Below the pieces are notes generated by a model that saw only the letters and a program-made list of their open reading frames with translations, was not told the origin of the DNA and did no database searches. From Saprolegnia diclina VS20 (taxonomy: Eukaryota), in assembly GCF_000281045.1 (NCBI RefSeq), contig NW_008246081.1, positions 62,001 through 107,100 of the forward strand: a stretch of DNA of 45,100 bases, in the 5' to 3' direction. Positions 10,629 to 19,905 of the stretch are shown one piece after another. Position 1 is the first letter of the stretch; the number at the start of each line of letters is the position of its first letter. The translations under genes were made by a program, and so were the position numbers.

Positions 10629-13600
10629 ATGCTGCCGACGACGACGTCGGGCCGCAGCCTCCTCAATGAGGCGCTCTCGCCGACGGGCCGGCGCGTCCTC
10701 AATGATTTCTTCCAGGCCAACGCGGGCGCCAAGGACACGACCAAGCCGCGGGGCATCGATCTGCAGTCGCTACCGCTCTTGACCGAGGTCTTTGTCAAGT
10801 CCCGCGCCGCCCTCGACGTGCTGCAGCTGCGCGCCGACCGCCATGACATCATCCTCGTCACGAACGTGCTGCAGAAGAAGGCGGATGCGGTCGACGTTCT
10901 CGACTTGCGCAACATGGGGCTCATCCGGCGGGACGATGTCCTCGTGAGCATCAACACGGAACCCGTTCCGGACGTTGCGGCGGCGTATACGGCGCTCAAG
11001 GAGCTGCCGTTGCCGATCACGCTCGTCTTCTCGCGGTCGCTCGTGCGCAAGAACACGCTCGGCGAGTACAGCGTCGAGGACGTCATGCGCCATGTCGAAC
11101 ACAACCAGAGCCGGCTCCTCGAAAAGTACGACGCCCACGACGCGGCCGTGATGCTGAGCATGATGGTGCGCTTCACGGGCCTCCAAGGCTCATACACGCT
11201 CCTTCGCGAGTTCATCATGGACGCAGAGAACCTGCTTATGCCCAAGCCGTTCGCCGTCCTGCCACCCAACGCCTTTGATGTGGTCCGACAGTACGTGCAG
11301 GTGATCCATGAGTACATGGGCAGCGAAGACGACGCGCGCAAGAAGCGCTGGTACGACGACAAGAGCAGTCGGTCGAGGCGCATCGAGTCGATGCAGAAGC
11401 AGCTCAAGGTCCTCGACGCCAAGCTGGACGCGACGACGTCGGCGCTGGCCGCATCGCCTGAACTCCAGGCCACTCGCGGCGGTGCCGACTACGCCGAGTT
11501 GCGTAACCTTGTTGAGAACCTCCGGGCTGACGTCGAGCGCTCCAAGCAGATGCACTACCTTCCGTCGGTCGAAGGCTTTACACTGCGGTTTGGCACGGGC
11601 GGCGTCTACGTTGGCGTCGGGTACATTTTGCACTTTCTACTGTATCAAGGTGTCAACTTGAACGATTAGGGACGTGTGGATGGCGTCGTACCAGACGTCG
11701 TTCTCGATCGAGACCCAGCGCGCCGCGCCGCATGTGGTCTTGCGCCTCACGCCCCTCTCCGATACTGGTCTCCAGATCCGTGCGACCAACTTCAAGGTGT
11801 ACTCGGAAGGCCGGATCCCGACCTTCCACTGCGACGAGCTCAACATTGAAGCGCTCTTCACAGCCTCGATTCCCCTCGTCTTCGACGACCTCACGGGCTG
11901 GCGCGTCGACAAGAACGACCTCGACGTGAGCTTCAACAGCCTCAAGTACTACGAGCGCCAAGCCAACTCGTCCGTGCGCGGGAAGGCGAACGACAGCGTG
12001 CTCAAGCTCTTCCTCAACCGCGTGCTCCCATCGGTGGTCGAAGAGGCGGCTGTCAACTTCTTCAGCTCCGAGATGGGCGTGCTCTTCAAGGAAGGGCGGG
12101 CCAAGGTGCGGCTCACGGGCGACTTGCGTCTCGAAGGCCGCCCGCTCTCGGTCTTTGACGCCTCGCTGAGCGCGACCGACGACGCGCACGCGGACGAGGC
12201 CCGGACGCTTCTGTCGCTGACGCCGGCGCAGGGCGAGGCCCTCTACAAGCTCTACAAGGTGTTTGTGCTCACGCCGGCCGCGACGCTCAAGCAAAAGATC
12301 TTCTCGAGCGACGCGGCGCTGAGTTATCTCTCGATGCGCGAGCTCATCGAGTACGTGCAGCGGCTGCGGCGACAGCCCAACGTCCGGTATCTCCTCGCTG
12401 CATGCTGGCAGACGGCGCTCCGCCTCTTGAGTCCGAGCGACGAGGTCGACTTTTTGAGCCTCCTCGAGAGCGTCGGCGAGATCGAGTCGTACCCGGTCGA
12501 CGTCTCGCTCGGGCTTCACAGCACCAACATCCGCGTCGACCTCTGCGAAGGCGCGGCCGCCGCATACGCGTCGATCGAGCGCCAGCTGCGCCAGAAGCTT
12601 TCGTCGCGCCCCGAAATGAAGACGCAGATTGAGGCCGAGATCACGACGCTCGAGGAGGGCTACAACAGTGTCAACCTGTTGCTGTCCAAGGTCGCGAGCC
12701 GCGTCGACGAGGTGGCGCTGCTGCTCAGCGGCGGCCTCCCCGCAGGGTTCGACAGCGACCTCTCGTTTGAAGCGACGGAAGTGACGTGCAAGGGGCCGTG
12801 GCAGGCGACAGTGCCGGTGCCGCTCACGGACCCCGAGGAGGCGTTCGAGGCGCGCGTGACAGCGCCGACACGGACCGTCGTCAAGGCCGACGACGGCGAT
12901 CTCATCGTGAGCCAGTTTGTCGCCGGCGACGACGGGGAGCACGAGATCCAGGTCCGCGTCCAAGATGCAGCGTTCCAGGTCCTCGTCCAAGCGCCCGACA
13001 ATGGGGAAGGTAGCGCCTCTTCCTCGTCCTTCGTGCCACTCACGTTGGCCCTCAACACAGCTTCGCCGACGCCGACGCTGTCGCTCGAGATGGGCGACAA
13101 CACCAAGTGCGCCATCCAGCTCAAGCGCCTCGCGTTCTGCAGTCCCATGTGGCCCGTACTGCGCTACTTGCACGCCGAAGCGCTGGGCGCCGCGATCTCG
13201 GGCAAGTCGGATCTGCTGCTCGCGTACGTGAGCTCGCCCTTCTTTGCGTTCTCGCTGCGCTTCTTCACGTCGCTGCAAGTGACGCCCGAGCACATGTACT
13301 GGACGCTCAACTCGGCGTCGCTCTCCGAGTCGAACGTGAGCTTCATCACGCACCGCATCTGCCTCGCGCAGCTCCTCCGCGACCTCGGCGCGCTCGAGTG
13401 GGGCCAGGTGCACGGCGGCGAGACCGACGAAGACGTCAACCGCAAGGCCAAGGCCCGCGCCGCGTCGCGCATGGCGCCGCTCAAGCGCCACGACTCGATC
13501 CAGCCGAGCCGCAACAAGAAGCGGAGTCTCAAGTCGCAGAAGAGCTTTCTGGGCGACGAAGACCCGCGGGCGCAGAACATGTTCCAGGTGGCGCCCGACG

Positions 13601-13677
13601 GCGCGTCGCTGCCCCCCGTGCACGAAGAAGAGCCAACAGCGCTCGAGTCGGTCGAGGACGACCCCTACTACTTCTAA
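10629..13677 (+). CDS. Hypothetical ~1000-aa protein with N-terminal PDZ-like domain and coiled coil; 2 exons (10629-11620, 11670-13677)
   Basis: Intron 11621-11669 joins the two long ORFs in frame. GLIRRDDVLVSINTEPV...LKELPLPITLVFSR resembles the C-terminal half of a PDZ domain. Strong GC3 codon bias. Confidence 0.8.
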
Positions 13678-13761
13678 GTGAATTGCACTCTGTCGACTGT
13701 GTATTCGGAGACGAGCAACAGGGTACGGGGTGGTATATTCTTCATCTATCTCTCGAAGTGC

Positions 13762-14385
13762 TTACAAGAGCGCGCAGTCGACGAGTTTGATCTCCGTGAG
13801 CGGCTTGCCCTTGACGCAATACACATTTTCTACCTTTCGGACCACGTCCATGCCCTCGACGACCTTGCCGAACGCCACGTTGCGGCCGTTCAAGTGCGGC
13901 ATCGGCGCCAATGTGATAAAGAACTGCGAGCCGTTCGAGTTGACGCCGGCGTTGGCCATGCCGAGGACGCCGGCCTCCGTGAAGCGCAGCGCAAAGTTCT
14001 CGTCCGCGAACGTGCCACCGGCCGCCGACTGCGCGCCCGTGCCGTTGCCCGCGACAATGTCGCCGCCCGTGAGGAACTGGTTCTTCTGGACAGCGTGGAT
14101 CGGCGTGCCCTTGTAGCCGTTCTCCGCCAGCTGCAAAAAGTTGGCGGCCGTCGCCGGCACAATGTCCTTGGCGACCTCGATGACGACCTTCTCGGGCTCC
14201 GTGTTGCCAATCTGCACGCTAAAGGCCACGCGCGGGCGCGGGACCTCGGGCGCCGGGACAGCATAGTCGTAGCTCTTGGCCGCGGCCTTGGGCGCGTTCA
14301 TCTTCTCGAGCGCGCGGTGGTACCAGCCCCAGCCGCGGGCGCCGGCACGGAGCGGCGCGATGCTTCCCAGCACTTGACGACGCAT
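13762..14385 (-). CDS. Cyclophilin-type PPIase-like protein with degenerate active site and probable mitochondrial presequence
   Basis: VPATAANF, GYKG, GGD, NGTG, FADENF, GVLGMANAGVNSNGSQFFITL, FGKVVEGMDVV. N-terminus MRRQVLGSIAPLRAGARG is Arg-rich and acid-free. Confidence 0.9.
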   Translation of the reverse strand: MRRQVLGSIAPLRAGARGWGWYHRALEKMNAPKAAAKSYDYAVPAPEVPRPRVAFSVQIGNTEPEKVVIEVAKDIVPATAANFLQLAENGYKGTPIHAVQKNQFLTGGDIVAGNGTGAQSAAGGTFADENFALRFTEAGVLGMANAGVNSNGSQFFITLAPMPHLNGRNVAFGKVVEGMDVVRKVENVYCVKGKPLTEIKLVDCALL

Positions 14386-15310
14386 GATGCTCCTCGATTT
14401 GCTATCTGACGACTGGACAAGAGATGAAATCGAGCACCGGGCGCTGATTGGCGAAGACTTTTGGCCAATCACATGCGTGTATCTTGCGAAGATGCGTTAA
14501 ACGCGTTAAAGAGCACCGAGAGCGTTACATAAACGTGAAAGTGCAGCAGCGAGCACTAGTACACAGTACATTGACTCGCAGCAAAGCGGAGACCTCGATG
14601 CACTGATGACAGCTGCCAAGTGGCGCAAGCAGAGCTGCAGCAACCGTCGTACACGTATGTAGGGCGCTGTTTCCGAACTAACGCACAGAGGCTTGGCAGC
14701 ACGACCTAGCGATGGCGTAGGTTGGTGCCAAAACCACTGTCTACAGCTAGCAATCACAAGGCCGCAATTATCACCAACGTCGAAGGGACTACCTAAGAGG
14801 CTCACGAAGCCATGCCGTCGACGGCCAGCAACCATAACCAGCTGCCACCGCATCGGAGCCGTCGTTGTTTTTGTGTTCGAGCCCAATACCACAGCAGCAA
14901 ACGGCGTATACTTTTGATGCCCTTGCGGTGGCACTGGAGGAGGTGACACCGTTGTGATAGTCGTTGCTGCCAGCTCCGTCCCTTGTTGCCCAAGCCGTTT
15001 CAAACGGCCGAAACCACCTAAAACGCGTTTAAACCCCCCGCGTCGCCACGTGATGCTTTTTTAACGCGTGGAAGTCGACTCTCTGCATCTTTGTATACTG
15101 AGAGGTGCAAATCCCGATTTTATTATGTGCGACAAAAATTGCGCCAGGCTTGCCGAGGACACCGATGGCCCCCCTGTCGTCGCTTTTTGTACCCACCCTA
15201 TACAAATATTGAGGTAAGCGAAGGCCGTAGGGAAATGCTTTGAGTGGGGACCCCTCGCACGTGCCATTCCCATCATCCAAGAAGGCAGGGGTCATCATAA
15301 TCCGACAAGC

Positions 15311-16489
15311 ATGGACGAGTCCAAGCGCAGCCCGGCCGCTGGCCACAGCAGCAAGGTCCTCGAGTTCAATGACGACCCGTCGCCGGCCAGCCACCACGAG
15401 AACGTCCTCTTTGAAGACGACGAGGACGACGACGAGGTCGCACCGGCGCCTGTGGCCCAAGCGCCCCGTGTCAACTTTGCGCCGGCGCCGACGAAGTTGC
15501 ACCACCCGTCGTCGTCGTCTTCGTCGGCCTCGACCTTCAGCTCGTCGAGCTCGTCGAGCGGCCGGAGCGCGGCGACGATGATTGCGATGCTCCAAAAGCA
15601 TGGCTACAACCTCGAGGACCCGGACGCGGCCGAGGGCGCGTCCATCTCGCTCAACTCGGCGAGCATTCTCCACCTCCGCGAGCGCAAGAACAACCAGACG
15701 GCGTTCCACATCGCGGCCAAGAAGGGCCACGTGGACGTACTCAAGGCGCTCATGAAGCTGCCGCGCGCCGAAGAGTTTGTCAACGTCCCGGACAAGATGG
15801 GCAACACGCCGCTGCACTTTGTCGCGTCCAAGGACAACGCAGACCTCCAGGAGCAGCTTGGCGGTCTCCTCCTCACGATGGGCGCCAACCTGCACGCGAT
15901 GAACGTCCGCGGGCAGACGCCGCTCGAGGTGCACATCGTCACGGCGCGCGCCGACACGTCGGCGTTCGTGCACCTGATTTCGTTCCGGGGCATGAACCTC
16001 AACACGCTCGTGAACGGGACGACGTATCTGCACATGGCCATGGAGCGCGGGTACATTGAGATGGCTTGCGCGCTCGTCAAGGCCGGCGCCAGCGTCAACC
16101 TCCCGGACCACAACGGCGTCATGGTCTCGGACACGGTGAACCGCCAGACGCTCGTCAAGATGATCCGCTGCATGCGCGAGGGCACGCAGGCGCCGCCGCC
16201 GGACGTCCCGCGTGTCTCGTGCAAGCTGTGCAAGAACCCCAAGGGCCTGCTCGACTCGATCCGGGACTGCACGCTCTGCGGGCGCACCGCGTGCCGCAAC
16301 TGCTCCAAGAAGCTCTCGGAGTTCAAAGAGTTCAAGGACCCAGAGGAAGCGCGCCGCGAGAAGATCGACAAGGAAGCGCTCGCCGCACGCTACTGCATCA
16401 CGTGCGTCATGGTGCTTCAGCTGCGGGAGAAGAAGCTCGCTGACAAGAAGCGCTTCAACGACAGTCTGATGGGCATGAACCGCGTCTAA
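15311..16489 (+). CDS. Ankyrin-repeat protein with C-terminal FYVE-like zinc finger
   Basis: Ankyrin motifs QTAFHIAAKKGH, GNTPLHFVA, GQTPL, GTTYLHMA; eight-Cys pattern CKLC...CTLCGRTACRNCS...CITC. Confidence 0.88.
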   Translation: MDESKRSPAAGHSSKVLEFNDDPSPASHHENVLFEDDEDDDEVAPAPVAQAPRVNFAPAPTKLHHPSSSSSSASTFSSSSSSSGRSAATMIAMLQKHGYNLEDPDAAEGASISLNSASILHLRERKNNQTAFHIAAKKGHVDVLKALMKLPRAEEFVNVPDKMGNTPLHFVASKDNADLQEQLGGLLLTMGANLHAMNVRGQTPLEVHIVTARADTSAFVHLISFRGMNLNTLVNGTTYLHMAMERGYIEMACALVKAGASVNLPDHNGVMVSDTVNRQTLVKMIRCMREGTQAPPPDVPRVSCKLCKNPKGLLDSIRDCTLCGRTACRNCSKKLSEFKEFKDPEEARREKIDKEALAARYCITCVMVLQLREKKLADKKRFNDSLMGMNRV

Positions 16490-16541
16490 ATAGTAAGAGG
16501 AAGCAACTACCGTCTTGTGGTACATGAGATCTTATTGCGTC

Positions 16542-16907
16542 TTATTGCGTTGGGCCCTCGCGGGCGAGCGCGAGCTGGTACTTTTCGTTGATCTCGACGC
16601 AGCTCTTGTCGTACGGGTACGAGTAGTCGACGAACGAGCCTAGGAAGAGGATGCTGCAGCGCAATAAAGGAGCCTTCGAGCGTACCAAGGACGCCGAGGA
16701 TCGCGAACGGGTATAGGCTGCGCTTGTACATGCTGATGGGCATGCCGCCGAGGACGCCGCCGACGCAAAACTACGCATGGCCCAAGTCTTTCCTCCTGCG
16801 CACATCGTCAGCTAGACACGTACGGTGGTTTGGCGCTGGACCATGCAGCCCTGCAGCGCAGCTCGCAGCTCCTTGGCCGTCGGCTCTGCTCCGTGCTCGT
16901 CGGTCAT
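16542..16907 (-). CDS. Small 88-aa putative membrane protein; 3 exons (16907-16824, 16770-16686, 16639-16542)
   Basis: GTACG..TAG introns 16771-16823 and 16640-16685 give MTDEHGAEPTAKELRAALQGCMVQRQTTFCVGGVLGGMPISMYKRSLYPFAILGVLGSFVDYSYPYDKSCVEINEKYQLALAREGPTQ. Confidence 0.7.
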
Positions 16908-17301
16908 CTTGCGACTTTGAAAATGGCCACCGACCGGCGGTCTCCGTATACATCCGGATAAACTACTTCGCACGTCTTGCTCATGATGAGAGCTTCGACT
17001 CGCTTGAGCCGCGCTCCAGCTCACTCCAGCTCGATGCATCCAGCGACAACCCATCCACACCCGCAGTGCAGCAGTGCAGACGTAATACTAACAGCATCAC
17101 CAGCGCCTCGGTGGCTAATTCCGCGTCCTCGCCTGCGGTCGCAATTTCCGCACACCGGGCATCAACGACAATACGGCGACTAGCATCACCAACGCTCGTG
17201 TGACGCTCCACGGCGATGGCAAGCGGTGTGAGGCAGTGCGCTATTGCGGGACACGAGATACATGTACATGAAGATGATTGTCTCGTCGCCACGCCGGACG
17301 C

Positions 17302-17722
17302 TTATGTGTTGACCGAGTAGCGGTGGCCGCACTTTTTGCACTCGTAGAAGACGGTTTGGCCTTCATCGGCGGATCGCAGCTGCATCGTGTAAAACTCCAT
17401 CTGCGGGTTGTTGCACTTGGGGCAGGGCTCTTCGACCGTCGCGCGCGCAGGGCCCGTCACCTCTTGCGACACGATCGCGTTCTTGACCCACTTGGGCTCG
17501 GGCCGGTCCTCGCTGAACGTCACCGTGCACAGCGTCGGCAAGTCTACAGCGGCCATGAGCGATATTGCAGTGGCGGTTCGTGGTATTACCTTGGTACTGG
17601 CAGGTGTAGCCGCAGGACGAGCAGACAATGTTGTTGGTCTCGGGCAGGTCCAGGATCGTGCCGCAGTGCGGACAGAAGGACGGGCCGCCGGCCGTCGCGC
17701 GCTTGGCAAAGAACTGGTCCAT
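17302..17722 (-). CDS. RPA12: DNA-directed RNA polymerase I subunit RPA12; 2 exons (17722-17590, 17543-17302)
   Basis: N-terminal zinc ribbon FCPHCG..CSSCG; C-terminal TFIIS-like ribbon CPKC..YTMQLRSADEGQTVFYECKKC; intron 17544-17589. Confidence 0.93.
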
Positions 17723-18431
17723 CGAGCTTTATAGCGAGTGACCGAGCCCACAGGGACGCGATTATCCGGATGCTGCGCTGACCAGTCATAGCGCGATACT
17801 ATCCGGACGCCACCTTTTGCCACAATTAGCGTTGGCGCCGTTTTTGGCGCCTCGAAGGATGCGACGGACTGCGAGTCGACGCATCGACTGGGCATTGGGC
17901 CACACGTAGGCTGTGACCATGAACATGTAGAGCCGCTGTCCTACGTGAGGCTGCAGCTGTATGAAGATCGAGGTTAATCTGACCGCCCGTGTCCTGCGAG
18001 GCCACATAAAAGCGCCAACGTTCATTGACGACGAAGACGACGAAGAAGAAGCAGCAGCGAGACGCCTTCATCTCTTCCGCTTCAAAGGAGCAGTCGACGT
18101 TATGTATCGCACTAGCATCTATCTACACGGGCCAAGCCGATTCGGTAGCTAGCGAATCTGGCGCTAAAAATGCACACAGGCCCGGCGCCATCTTGAAACG
18201 CAGAGCTACCTGACATGGCGGTCCGCAGCACGGGCGACACAACGTGTACCTAGGATCCAGGCTCGCCTTGTCATCCAGGAGCATCGGCAGCGAGACCCGT
18301 CGAGTAAACCAACAACTTCTCGTCGCTTCGAGTCGAGGGACGCCCTTCGTTTTCGGGTTTCAAATCATCCGGATAACATTTGACTGGCCAATCAAACGCG
18401 GCGATTGCCATAGGGCGTAGCAAGTGCAAAG

Positions 18432-18447
18432 GCCATTCTCGAATTTT
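18432..18447 (+). promoter_or_regulatory. Oomycete Inr+FPR core promoter element upstream of the PSS gene
   Basis: gCCATTCTCGAATTTT about 12 bp upstream of ATG 18459 fits the YCAYTYY..AWTTT pattern. Similar elements precede the cathepsin (TCACTCTCATTTTT) and GNAT (TCATTTTCATTCT) starts on the minus strand. Confidence 0.55.
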
Positions 18448-18458
18448 CACAGCCGACG

Positions 18459-19730
18459 ATGGCCTCGACGATGCCAAAGCGCGTGCGCAAGTCCTCGGAC
18501 GTCGCCGTCTATGGCGAGTACGCCGACTCGGTGCCCGAGATGGACGACTGGACGACGGCGCCGCACACGCTCACGGTTGGCTTGATCACGCTCGTCTTCT
18601 TCCTCTACAACATCTTCCAAGACAACGACCCGAGCGCGAGCTCGCTCGACGACCTCAAGCGCGGTATCTACTTTGCCTGCCTCTTCTTCCTCGTGTACTG
18701 CGTGCTGCAGCTGCGCGACGGCCATTTCCTCCGGCCGCACCCGGCGATCTGGCGACTCATCACCGGCATCTTCATCCTCTACGAGATGCTGCTCATTGTG
18801 CTGCTCTTCCTCAAGACGGACGATGCGCGCGCCTTCATGAAGCACTTTGACCCGACGCTCGGCGTCAAGCTGCCCGAGACAGGCTACGCGGACGACTGCC
18901 GCCTGTATGTGCCGGACGCCGACGACCCGTTCCGGAACCTCCGCGCGACCGTCATGGACCGGTTCGTCGTCATGCACTTCCTCGGCTGGGTCGTTGGTGC
19001 GCTCATGATCCGCTCGTACAACGTGTGCTGGGCGATCTCGATCCTCTTTGAGTTTTACGAGCTCACGTTCGCGCACTGGCTCAAGAACTTCAACGAGTGC
19101 TGGTGGGACCAAGTCTTCCTCGACGTGCTCATGTGCAACGCGGCGGGCATCTGGATCGGCATGCGCATCTGCCGCTTCTTCGAGATGAAGAACTACAACT
19201 GGGTCGGCATCCGCACGATCCCGACCGTCTCGGGCAAGGCGCAGCGTATGATGGCGCAGTTCACGCCCGTCAACTGGCTCTCGTACGACTGGAAGATGTT
19301 CCGGTCCGCGTCGCGCTTCTGGCAGGTCATGGGCATGGTCATCACGCTCTCGATCATGATGCTCAACTCGTTCTTCCTCAAGACGGTCCTCTGGGTGCCC
19401 GCGTCGAGCTACCTCAACGTCGTTCGCCTTTCGATCTGGTACTCGGCCGGCAGCTACGCGATCGCCGAGTACTACATTTTTATGACGTACTCGGGCCCGG
19501 ACGTTGTGACGCCCGCCAAGAAGCTCGGTCCCCGTGCTTGGCTCGGCTTTGGCGTCGTCATCTCGGAGGTCTGCCTCATCCTCAAGCACGGCAAGGGCAT
19601 GTTCACCGAGCCGTTCCCGACGACCGTCAAGATCGCGTGGCTCGTCGCCGGTCTCTTCCTCACCGTGGGCTCGACCATCTACTTTGTGTGCGTCCACCGC
19701 GCCCGCGACGCTGCCAAAAAGCAGCAGTAG
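18459..19730 (+). CDS. PTDSS: Phosphatidylserine synthase (base-exchange, PSS family)
   Basis: Motifs HTLT, DGHFLRPHPAIWR, DRFVVMHFLGW, SILFEFYELTFAHWLKNFNECWWDQVFLDVLMCNAAG, LNSFFLKTVLW; multiple TM helices. Confidence 0.95.
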   Translation: MASTMPKRVRKSSDVAVYGEYADSVPEMDDWTTAPHTLTVGLITLVFFLYNIFQDNDPSASSLDDLKRGIYFACLFFLVYCVLQLRDGHFLRPHPAIWRLITGIFILYEMLLIVLLFLKTDDARAFMKHFDPTLGVKLPETGYADDCRLYVPDADDPFRNLRATVMDRFVVMHFLGWVVGALMIRSYNVCWAISILFEFYELTFAHWLKNFNECWWDQVFLDVLMCNAAGIWIGMRICRFFEMKNYNWVGIRTIPTVSGKAQRMMAQFTPVNWLSYDWKMFRSASRFWQVMGMVITLSIMMLNSFFLKTVLWVPASSYLNVVRLSIWYSAGSYAIAEYYIFMTYSGPDVVTPAKKLGPRAWLGFGVVISEVCLILKHGKGMFTEPFPTTVKIAWLVAGLFLTVGSTIYFVCVHRARDAAKKQQ

Positions 19731-19905
19731 GAATACCGATAAAGATTTCTGCATTGTTTCAATGTGTCAAGTGGTTATAAAACGGTGTGGGGTATCCGGA
19801 AGAACCTGAACAGACGAGGAGTTACTCGGTTGCCATCGGTTGGGCGGCGCCGACGACGCATGCTCCTTGGACCCCTCGACCTTCTTCTCCGAGCAACCAG
19901 GAAGC

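Noticed and set aside
11653..13623. 656-aa antisense ORF (and similar ones at 15029-16525, 18447-19754, 28912-30369, 37816-39075)
   Set aside because: Shadows of real genes; high GC3 codon bias removes antisense stops and the translations have no motifs.
14506..15003. 165-aa minus ORF in the intergenic insert
   Set aside because: No ATG start, no host codon bias, no transposase or other motif.
17859..18152. Short plus-strand ORF with acidic run (MKIEVNL...DDEDDEEE)
   Set aside because: No convincing splice model or recognisable motif; may be a gene remnant, unsupported.
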